A stretch of DNA of 64,000 bases. Origin: Eledone cirrhosa (lineage: Eukaryota). Under the pieces are notes generated by a model. The model had not been told where the DNA came from. It was given only the letters and a program-made list of their open reading frames with translations, and did no database searches. Positions 37,245 through 48,400 of this stretch are shown here, in pieces (positions within the stretch are counted from its first letter, which is position 1; each line of letters opens with the position of its first letter). The position numbers and the translations under genes are program-made. The DNA is taken from NCBI GenBank assembly GCA_964016885.1, contig OZ024753.1, positions 9,114,001 through 9,178,000 on the forward strand, read 5' to 3'.

Positions 37245-37487
37245 AGAGATGGCAACATCAATGGACCTGTTATTTTTCTCTAAAACATTTTTTTCAAATC
37301 CGTCCCGCCCGTCCCTTCAATCTTTCTAATTTCTCATTCTTTCTTCTGATGAAGGACTAGCGTCCAAAACGTTAAAATCCTCTTCCTGCTATTTCAAGCA
37401 AATGGTACTATATATGGATAAAATATATTAATATTCCTTCCATACACTGTACCAATTGTGTTGTTATTTCTGTTTACCTTTTACATA
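37245..37487 (+). mobile_element. Repeat family H1, hammerhead at about 37341-37378 with GAAA changed to AAAA
   Basis: Reverse-complement match to 18195-18437. Confidence 0.8.
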
Positions 37488-37492
37488 CACAT

Positions 37493-37840
37493 GGAGGCAC
37501 ATGGCTTAGTGGTTAGAGCATTGGCCTTGCAATCGAAAGGTTGTGAGTTCAATTCTCAGACCAGGTGATGTGTTGTTTCCTTGAGCAAGACACTTTATTT
37601 CACATTGCTCCAGTTTACTCAGCTGTAGAAATGAGATGATAGGGACTCGGGTCCCTATCATTCCACTGCAAAGTGGTCGTGGAGGTGCCACGGCAAAAAA
37701 GCACCCAGCACTCACTGTAAATGAGGTTGGTGTTAGGAAGGGCATCCAGCTGTAGAAATCAAGCCAGAATCAGTTCCCGTCCCACCCTTGCAAGCAGGGA
37801 AAAGTGGACGTAAAATGAAATGATGATGATGATGAAATGA
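37493..37840 (+). mobile_element. SINE family A
   Basis: Full-length copy. Confidence 0.92.
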
Positions 37841-37879
37841 TACATACATACATATCATCATCATCTTCGTTTAGCGTCC

Positions 37880-38005
37880 TTTTTCTAATGAAGGACTAGC
37901 GTCCGAAACGTTAAGACCCTCTTCCTGCTATTTCAGGCGTTAACCTAATATATTCCTTCCATATACTGTACCAATTGTGTTGTTATTTCTGTTTACCTTT
38001 TACAT
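37880..38005 (+). mobile_element. Truncated H1 copy starting at the hammerhead
   Basis: TTTT-CTAATGA-AGGACTAGCGTCC-GAAAC-GTT-AAGA. Confidence 0.78.
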
Positions 38006-38224
38006 TAGTTTGCTTGAAGCATTGTTAAATAGGAAATATAAATTTAAATCATTTTAAAAGCCATACAATGCATTAGAAAATTAAAGGTGTCAAGATAACG
38101 ATAGAATTTTATCACAGCAAATTTAATTATCCCAAATATTTTCAGGTTTAAAAACTCATTATCAACGAAGTATCCCTATGAAGGTCGGAGATGAGTTGTG
38201 GTTAGGATGGCAGATTTAATTTAA

Positions 38225-38615
38225 ATCATCATCATCATCATCATCATTTTACGTCCGCTTTTCCCTGCTTGCAAGGGTGGGACGGGAACTGATTCTGGCT
38301 TGATTTCTACAGCTGGATGCCCTTCCTAACACCAACCTCATTTACAGTGAGTGCTGGGTGCTTTTTTTCTGTGGCGCCTACACGGCCACTTTACAGTGTG
38401 GGCTGGGTGCTTTTTTGCCGTGGCACCTGCACAGCCACTTTACAGTGGAATGATAGGGACCCCAGTCCTATCATCTCATTTCTACAGCTGAGTAAACTGG
38501 AGCAATGTGAAATAAAGTGTCTTGCTCAAAGAAACAACACATAACCTGGTCCAAGAATTGAACTCACAACCTTTCGATTGCAAGCCTAATGCTCTAACCA
38601 GTAAGCAATGCGCCT
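38225..38615 (-). mobile_element. SINE family A, two-subrepeat variant
   Basis: Full-length reverse complement of the family. Confidence 0.9.
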
Positions 38616-38793
38616 ATATATGTTTAAATTTGGTGTTTTACCACTGGGTAGAATTGGTCATTCTGCAATGTTAACCATAATGTAATATGAGGAAAGCACT
38701 CAACGTTATGCAACTCATCCATCTTCAATGTTGAATCATGTTGGTGGTGCGGGAATGGATATATGTATTATAAAGTGAAACTTTATAATATAT

Positions 38794-38879
<86 letters not shown>

Positions 38880-39038
38880 AATAACAAGTTATCATTTTAG
38901 GTAATCCAGTTAGAGGTTGTGAGTACTCTGTACTATGGATAGTTTTAACGTACGGTGTTGTTTGACTCAACAAAAGGTTTCCTTAGTTAGGTAGCGAGTT
39001 TGCGAGAATTCCCATACAGGTTATTCTTGGAGTAATAG

Positions 39039-39299
39039 TAGTGAAAGAGTGAAGAATAACATGGTCCGCTGTACAAAAGGGGTTTTATCTACAGTATTAA
39101 TAATTGTTTCATTGATCAGGTGAGTCTAGAAATTGTGTCACTCAACCTTAAATGCAGACACACACTGTATTTAAGGTTGAGTGATGCAATTTAGGGTGAT
39201 TAGCGGCCTTTAGACTCACCTGATCAATGAAACAATTGTTTATACTGTAAATAAAACCCTTTTGTACAGCCGACCATGTTATTCTTCACTCTTTCACTA
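39039..39299. mobile_element. ~260-bp palindromic (fold-back) element, uninterrupted copy
   Basis: TA-GTGAAAGAGTGAAGAATAAC...GTTATTCTTCACTCTTTCAC-TA with apex hairpin ...AAATGCAG-ACACACA-CTGTATTT...; same family as 41710-44124. Confidence 0.88.
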
Positions 39300-39440
39300 T
39301 ATATATATTTATTAAAATAACAGATTAAAGTTTAAGCAAAGAATCTGTTATTTTAATAAATATTTGCTCTAGGGTTCTTATATATTTGATATATATTTAT
39401 CCTTATCTTTGGATTTTACTCTTCATATTTATTATTATTA

Positions 39441-39452
39441 CTATATATATAT

Positions 39453-39527
<75 letters not shown>

Positions 39528-39586
39528 ATATATATAAATATATAATATATATATATATATAATATATATATATATATAATATATAT

Positions 39587-39618
<32 letters not shown>

Positions 39619-40049
39619 ATATATATAAATATATAATATATATATATATATATATAATATATATATATATATAATATATATATATATATATAATATATAT
39701 ATATAATATATATATATATAATATATATATATATATAATATATATATAATATATATATATATATAATATATATATATATATAATATATATATATATATAA
39801 TATATATATATATATAATATATATATATATATAATATATATATATATATAATATATATATATATAATATATATATATATATAATATATATATATATAATA
39901 TATATATATATATAATATATATATAATATATATATATATAATATATATATATATATAATATATATATATATATAATATATATATATATATAATATATATA
40001 TATATATAATATATATATATATATAATATATATACATAATATATATATA

Positions 40050-40087
<38 letters not shown>

Positions 40088-40239
40088 TAATATATATATA
40101 TAATATATATAATATATATATATATAATATATATATATATATATAATATATATATATAATATATATATATATATATTATATATATATATAATATATATAA
40201 TATATATATATAATATATATAATATATATATATATATAT

Positions 40240-40270
<31 letters not shown>

Positions 40271-40452
40271 ATATATATATAATATATATATATATATAAT
40301 ATATATATATATATATAATATATATATAATATATATATATATATAATATATATATATATATAATATATATATATAATATATATATATATATAATATATAT
40401 ATAATATATATATATATAATATATATATATATAATATATATATATATATATT
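39441..40452. repeat. ~1-kb interrupted (TA)n array
   Basis: Almost pure A/T, organised as (AT)nA blocks. Confidence 0.97.
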
Positions 40453-40922
40453 AATACATGTATCAAAGAAATAGCTAAAGATTATTCATTATACCTTCCT
40501 TGACAAAATCACCCCTATGTCTCTTCTTTTAGACATTTTGCTAAACAATTTTGCAATCTTTCTATCTCTAAAATTCTTATCCTTTCCATGTTGCCACTTT
40601 TTAAATATAGACATGTAGTATTTTAAGCTGAAATTGAATCACACCAAATTTATTGGTTTGAAGAACTTATAATAATATATTTCTGATTTTAATGCATATA
40701 CATTTTTAAAATGTCACAAAATGCCCCTGGAGGAATGTTGCACTTGAAACCAAAATCAAAATTATCCAATCTTTTGTATTTATTTATTTCAGGTAAATAT
40801 TTTTAGCTGTGTTTGAATAGATTATCAGATGTTTATTCAATTAAGACCATTTCAATATTTTTAGAGCTACTTGAAAAAAAGTGTATATATATATATGTCT
40901 ATATGTCTATATATATATGTCT

Positions 40923-40982
<60 letters not shown>

Positions 40983-41071
40983 ATATATCTCTCTATATAT
41001 ATATCTATATATATATTTGTATATATCTCTATATAGATATATCTATATGTATATATATATATATATATATA

Positions 41072-41578
41072 TAGAAAGGATGAATATAAAATGAAAGTGC
41101 TTTTGTTAAAAAAGGAATTTATTAGGTATTGACATATGTTTCTGTAACAGACCGAATACCTATGTATCGCTGCTTGCGTAATCATATAATGTTAGCAAGT
41201 ATTCGATAGCAAATGTATAATCAATTGTCACTTCTTCAGAGATTTTGGATAAATTGGATAAAATCAGAAACTTCAATTTTTCTGATTTTATCCAATTTAT
41301 CCAAAATCTCTGAAGAAGTGACAACTGATTATACATTTGCTATCGAATACTTGCTAACATTATATGATTACGCAAGCAGCGATACATAGGTATTCGGTCT
41401 GTTACAGAAACATATGTCAATACCTAATAAATTCCTTTTTTAACAAAAGCACTTTCATTTTATATTCATCCTTTCTACATTTCTCCGGAATATAATTTAT
41501 ACTCGTTGAGCAAACCTGCACGTACGCTGTTCATCTCTAACGTAACGATATATTATCACTACATTATTGATAACCTGA

Positions 41579-41583
<5 letters not shown>
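41072..41583. mobile_element. Near-perfect 199-bp-arm hairpin plus a ~105-bp unpaired tail, between (TA)n tracts
   Basis: Arms at 41072-41270 and 41279-41477 with an 8-nt loop and one mismatch seen; contains CTGAAGA-A-GTGACA...TGTTAC-A-GAAAC-ATAT-GTC followed by AATAAA. Confidence 0.9.
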
Positions 41584-41646
<63 letters not shown>

Positions 41647-41709
41647 CTATATATATATCTATATCTATATGTATGTGTATATATATATATATATATATAT
41701 ACATATATA

Positions 41710-44124
41710 TAGTGAAAGAGTGAAGAATAACATGGTCGGCTGTACAAAAGAGTTTTATTTACAGTATTAATAATTGTTTCATTGATCAGGTGAGTCTAAA
41801 GGCCGCTTATCACTGAAACGGTCATTAGTGTTACTGCTGAGGAACCTTTAGGTGACTCTGATCATGCTATGATCATTGCCAATCTATCCCTCATGGGCAG
41901 TAACAAAAACCACAACCATCTCCTAACTGCTCACTTTGACTGGAATAAAGCAAACTGGAACTGTTACTGCACCGAGTTGCAATGGCCAAACTGGCTTGAG
42001 TTCTACGACTCTGGAGATGTCAACAGATGTCAACTCCAGAACATCCTGAGCTCAATATGGACAGCATGTGCAGCATCGGTGCCACGTAAGCGGAAAAAAC
42101 ATCCCAAAAGCGCAATTTGGGAGACTGCAGCAGTCCGTCTTGCCAGAAACGAACGGCGCAATGCTGAACGTGAGTACAAACTTCACAAATCAGACATTAA
42201 TAGGAAGAGGCGAAATACATCGTCCAACCACATCAAACAGGTGACAAAAAAGGCAGTGCTTCAATTTGAGCAGCGCATAGCAACCAGCCCTGACAGTAAG
42301 GTGTTCTGGAAGTATGTTCACTCAAAGCAGAGGCCTCACTCTCCAGTTTGTCCTCTTCGCAATCCCCACATAAGCCAGGTTACTGACGACCCCAACGAAT
42401 GCGCAGAGCTCATTGCTGAATGCTATGTAGGCATTTTTACTATTGAAGACCAGAGTGTACCATCTCCACCACCTATGACACCGGACTTTATTACAACCAT
42501 GGAATTTACACCTGCAATGCTGCGACGTCACCTAAAGAATAAACGCAACCATGCCTCTCCTGGTCTTGATGGTGTTACGTACCTGCTTCTTAAGCGTGGT
42601 GGGTACTTCCTTCTACACCAGTTATCACGCTTCTTCCAATTCTGTCTGAACAACAGTGCTGCTCCAGAACAGTGGAAAACTGCCAGTGTCATTCCTCTGT
42701 TCAAAAAGGGCGACCGCACATCACCTGTGAATTATCGTCCAGTCAATCTTACTAGTTGAATCGCCAAACTGATGGAATCCTGTGTCAGAGAAACACTTTG
42801 GAACTTCTGGAGCTCTCACAGTCTTATCCAGCCCTCACAATTTGGATTTATCCCCAACTCCAGCTGCTGTGATCAACTTATAGAGTTTCTTGAGGACATC
42901 ACCCGGATCACTGATGGCGGCTCATGGGTGGATGTTGTTTACCTTGACTTTGCGAAGGCCTTCAATTCTGTGCCACACAAAAGGCTTATGGCAAAACTCT
43001 CTGCAATGGGTGTGAAGGATGATCTTTTTAACTGGTTGAAGTCCTTCATTCTCAGTCGAAGAGAGGTAGTCACGGTTCTGGGACAGCATTCCTCACCATA
43101 TGAGATGTCATCTGGTGTACCACAGGGATCTGTTCTTGGCCTCCTTTTGTTTGTGGCATATATTAATGACATAGATGCAAAAACCCAGCGTCCACATACT
43201 CCCTCCACAGCACTAATATCAAGAAGTCTTCCTGTGAACGTGACCTGGGCATTACGATCAGCAGGGATTTGCGTTGGACGAGGCACGTCTCTAAAATTGT
43301 CAAGAGGGCCGAGGGTGTCTTAGCATCACTCAGCAAGACCTTTGTCAGCCGCTCTCCAGATATCTATTTAAGGCTGTATACAGCTATGGTGCGACCACAC
43401 TTAGAATTTGCATCCCCAGTCTGGAACCCCTATCTTGCTCAGAACATTGACCGCCTGGAAACTGTTCAGAGACGTGCAATCAAGCGAATACCCTCCATCA
43501 GGCATCTACCATACTCTGAGCGCCTTGCTTCCCTGGGCATGGATTCATTGAAGCTCCGACGCCTGGCAACTGACTTGGTAAACACCCACAAAATTGTTAA
43601 CCATGTTGCCAACAACAACTCTGAGTACCTTTTTGATTTCCATGTGTCTAACACACATGGACATGCCCACAAAGTAAGAAAACAGCACAGTTCCCATGAC
43701 TTTCTGAAACATTTTTTCACGCTCAGAGTTGCTGAAGCATGGAACAAACTACCTGCATCAGTTGTTAGCTGTCGAGACACTGCATCCTTTAAGGCCTCCA
43801 TGCTTCCCGAGATCCGCCAACACTACAGCTAACACATACACACATGTACTTCCCTGACATTTGTGTATTATTCTATGTACTATACATACACCTTTGACGA
43901 GTTGTAGTGCACCTGAGCACTTTACACAATAATTTCATTATATTATATTACATAAATTGCGTCACTCAACCTTAAATGCAGACACACACTGTATTTAAGG
44001 TTGAGTGACGCAATTTCTAGTGATTAGCAGCCTTTAGACTCACCTGATCAATGAAACAATTGTTTATACTGTAAATAAAACCCCTTTTGTACAGCCGACC
44101 ATGTTATTCTTCACTCTTTCACTA
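41710..44124. mobile_element. Second copy of the 39039 palindromic element, split by a LINE insertion
   Basis: Left arm at 41710-41814; apex and right arm at about 43954-44124; TA tracts on both sides. Confidence 0.88.
41815..43950 (+). mobile_element. 5'-truncated CR1/L2-type LINE (end of APE endonuclease, RT, C-terminus, 3' UTR), non-functional
   Basis: EPLGDSDH; SPGLDG; PLFKKGDR..NYRPVNLTS*; QFGF; YLDFAKAFNSVPH; GVPQGSVLGLLLF; TGA at 42757; deletion near 43180 removes the ADD catalytic motif; VRPHLEFASPVWNP. Confidence 0.93.
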
Positions 44125-44184
44125 TATATATTATATATATATATATTATAAGTTTGTATTAGTTCTTCATTTATATATATATAT

Positions 44185-44520
44185 GGAGGCACATGGCTTA
44201 GTGGTTAGAACATTGGCCTTGCAATCGAAAGGTTGTGAGTTCAATTCTTAGACTGGGTGATGTGTTATTTCCTTGAACAAGACACTTTATTTCACATTGC
44301 TCCAGTTTACTCAGCTGTAGAAATGAGATGATAGGGACTGGGGTCCCTATCATTCCACTGCAAAGTGGTCGTGGAGGTGCCATGGCAAAAAAGCACCCAG
44401 CACTCACTGTAAATGAGGTTGGTGTTAGGAAAGGCATCCAGCTGTAGAAATCAAGCCAGAATCAGTTCCGGTCCCACCCTTGCAAGCAGGGAAAAGCGGA
44501 CGTAAAGCGATGATGATGAT
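44185..44520 (+). mobile_element. SINE family A
   Basis: Full-length copy inserted in (TA)n. Confidence 0.92.
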
Positions 44521-44663
44521 ATATATACACAAACACACACATATATATATATATGTATATATATATCTAAATATATATATATGTGTGTGTTTGTGTATAT
44601 ATGTTTGTGTATATATATGTATATGTATATATATATCTAAATATATATATATATGTGTGTGCT

Positions 44664-44694
<31 letters not shown>

Positions 44695-45477
44695 ATGAAG
44701 AAATAATGCAAACTTATGATTCTTAAGAGTTAATGGTATGAAGTTTGAGGATGCGATTCTTGCAACGTACACAATCTGATAAATGAAGGGAATGAGAAAA
44801 CACAGGAAAAAGACCAAATGTCCTCAAATAATGTACCATGTGATATCTTGAGAGATATCAAATGATTAATTATAAATATTAAAAACATCGCTTATCTTCC
44901 AGAAATAATTATTATAGACAACTAATTTACCAATATTCACAATTTATAGCTTATCTATTAAATGTAAGGCCATATAAAGAAAAAAGACTTACGTGTCATT
45001 TCTGTAAAGAAATCATCAGATTTCAAAATATACTTGGTCTGTAATTTGACTATGTGCAAAATATTTTTTCTCTAGCTTACACAAATGATTTATTATATAA
45101 GATAAACCATTTAAGGAATATTTGGCGTATGGTTCTAAAAGGATAGATGTTTATCTTAAACTGATACTATTAGCTAGATATAATCGATGAAACCAATTTG
45201 AAATTTCCCTCAGAATGTTCTATTTTGAACACATATTCAAAATATTACTTCCATTAATCTAAATAAATAAATAATAAATAAATTTAAATTAAGCTGTCTA
45301 CTACTACTACCACTACTACGACTAATGCTACAACTGCTGCTGCTTCTACTACTACTACTACTACTACCAACAACTTATATGTCAAGATAAATATAAAATT
45401 GGTAGAAATATTATAAGTGTCAATTCAGATATGTTTGTTTCGATTTGGGTTTTCTTTGAGAATATTTCAAGAATATA

Positions 45478-48400
45478 TGAGAGTAAATATACATGTTCAG
45501 GTGAAATATGGGAGATAAAGTATACATGTTCAGGTGAAATACATGAGAGCAAATATACATGTCCAGGTGAAATATAGGAGATAAAATATACATGTTCAGG
45601 TGAAATATAGGTGAGAAAATATACATATTCAGATAAAATATAGGGGAGAAAATATACATGTTCAGGTGAAATATAGGAGAGAAAATATACATGTTCAGGT
45701 GAAATATAGGAGAGAAAATATACATGTTAGGAGAGAAATTATACATATTCAGGTGAAATATAGGTGAGAATTTATACATGTTCAGGAGATATATAGGAGA
45801 GAAAAGAAACATGTTCAGTTGAAATATAGAAAAGAAAATATACATGTTCAGGTGAAATATAGGAGGGAAAATGTATATGTTCAGGTGAAATATAGGAGAT
45901 AAAATATACATGTTCAGGGGAAATATAGGGGAGATAATATACATGTTGAGGTGAGATAGGGGAGATAATATACATGTTGAGGTGAGATAGGGGAGATAAA
46001 ATATACATGTTCAGGTAAAACATAGGACAAAAATATACGAAATAAAATATACATGTTGAGGTGAAGTATAGGAGAGAAAATATAGTTAAGAAAATATACA
46101 TGATCAAGTAAAATATAGTAGAGAAAATGATACATGTTCAGGTGAAATATAGGAGAAAACATATACATGTTCAGGTGAAATAAAGGAGATAAAATACAGT
46201 TAAGAAAATATACATGTTTCAAGTAAAATATAGTAGAGAAAATATACATGTTCAGGTGAAATATAGGAGAGAAAATATATATGTTCAAGTGAAATGTAGG
46301 AGAAAATATACATGTTCAAGTGAAATGTAGGAGATAAAATATAGTTGAAAAAATATACATGTTCAAGTGAAATATAGTAGAGAAAATATACATGTTCAGG
46401 TGAAATATAGGAAAGAAAATTATACATGTTGAGGTGAAATGTAGGAGAAAAAATATATTTGAGAAAGTATACATGATAAAATATACATGTTCAGGTGAAA
46501 TATAGGAAAGAAAATATACATGTTCAGGTGAAATATAGGAGAGAAAATTATACATGTTCAGGTGAAATATAGCAGAGAAAATATACATGTTCGGGTGAAA
46601 TATAAGAGATGAAATATACATGTTCTGGTGAAATAAAGGAGATAAAATACAGTGAAGAAAATATACACGTTTCAAGTAAAATATAGTAGAGAAAATATAC
46701 ATGTTCAGGTGAAATATAGGAGATAAAATATAGGATAGAAAATTATACATGTTCAGGTGAAATATAGGACAGAAAAGATACATGTTCAGGTGAAATATAT
46801 ATAGAGAAAATATAATTAAGAAAATATACATGTTCAGGTGAAACAGAGAAAATTATACATGTTCAGGTGAAATATAGGAGGGAAATATACATGTTTAGGT
46901 GAAATATAGGAGAAAAAATTTAGTTAAGAAAATATACATTTTCAAGTGAAACATAGGAGAGAAAATATATATATGTTCAAGTGAAATAAATGTAGGAGAT
47001 GAAATATACATGTTCAGGTAAAACATAGGAGAGAAATATAGGAGATAAAATATACATGTTGAGGTGAAATATAGGAGAAAACATATACATGTTCAGGTGA
47101 AATATAGAAGAGAAAATATAGTTAAGAAAATATACATAATCAAGTAAAATATAGTAGAGAAAATATACATATTCAGGTGAAATATAGGAGATAAAATATA
47201 CTTGTTCAGGTGAAACATAGAAGATAAAGTATACATGTTCAGGGGAAATATAGAAGTGAAAATATAGGAGATAAAATATACATGCTCAGGTGAAAAATAA
47301 AAGACAAAATATAGTTGAGAAAATATACATGTTCAAGTGAAATATAGCAGAGAAGATATACATGTTCAGGTGAAATATAGTAGATGAAATATACATGTTC
47401 AGGTGAAATATAGGAGATAAAATATACATTTTCAGGTGAAATATAGGAGAGAAAATTATACATGTCCAGTTGAAATATAGGAGGGAAAATATACATGTTC
47501 AGATGAAACATAGGAGAGAAAATATACACGTTCAGGTGAAAAATAGAAGACAAAATATAGTTGAGAAAATATACATGTTCAAGTGAAATATAGCAGAGAA
47601 GATATACATGTTCAGGTGAAATATAGGAGATAAAATATACATGTTCAGGTGAAATATAGGAGATAAAATATACATGTTCAGGTGAAATATAGGAGATAAA
47701 ATTATACATGTTCAGGTGAAATATAGAAGACAAAATATATATATGTTCAGGTGAAATATAGGGGATAAAATATACATGTTCAGGTGAAATATAGGAGATA
47801 AAATAAAGGGGAGAAAATATACATGTTGAGGTGAAATATAGGAGATAAAATATACATGTTGAGGTGAAATATAGGAGAAAACATATACATGTTCAGGTGA
47901 AATAAAGGAGATAAAATACAGTTAAGAAAATATACATGTTTCAAGTAAAATATAGTAGAGAAAATATACATGTTCAGGTGAAATATAGGAGATAAAATAT
48001 AGGAGAGAAAAGATACATGTTCATGTGAAATATAGGAGAGAAAATATATATGTTCAAGTGAAATCTGGGAGATAAAATATACATGTTCAGGTGAAATATA
48101 GTAGAGAAAATATAGTTGAAAAAATATATATGTTCAAGTGAAATATAGTAGAGAAAATATACATGTTCAGGTGAAATATAGGAGAGAAAATTATACATGT
48201 TCAGGGGAAATATAACAGAGAAAATATACATGTTCAGGTGAAATGTAGGAGAAAAAATATATTTGAGAAAATATACATGTTCAAGTGAAATATAGCAGAT
48301 AAAATATACATGTTCAGGTGAAATATAGGAGAGAAAATTATACATGTTCAGGTGAAATATAGGAGAGAAAATATATATGTTCAGGTGAAAAATAGTAGAG

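Noticed and set aside
32381-41185. YIYI and HTHT type ORFs, here and at 20.6, 35.3 and 58-60 kb
   Set aside because: These are translations of dinucleotide microsatellites.
42757-42759. Programmed read-through of the TGA in the LINE ORF
   Set aside because: The same copy has a deletion removing the RT catalytic motif, so ordinary decay explains the stop.
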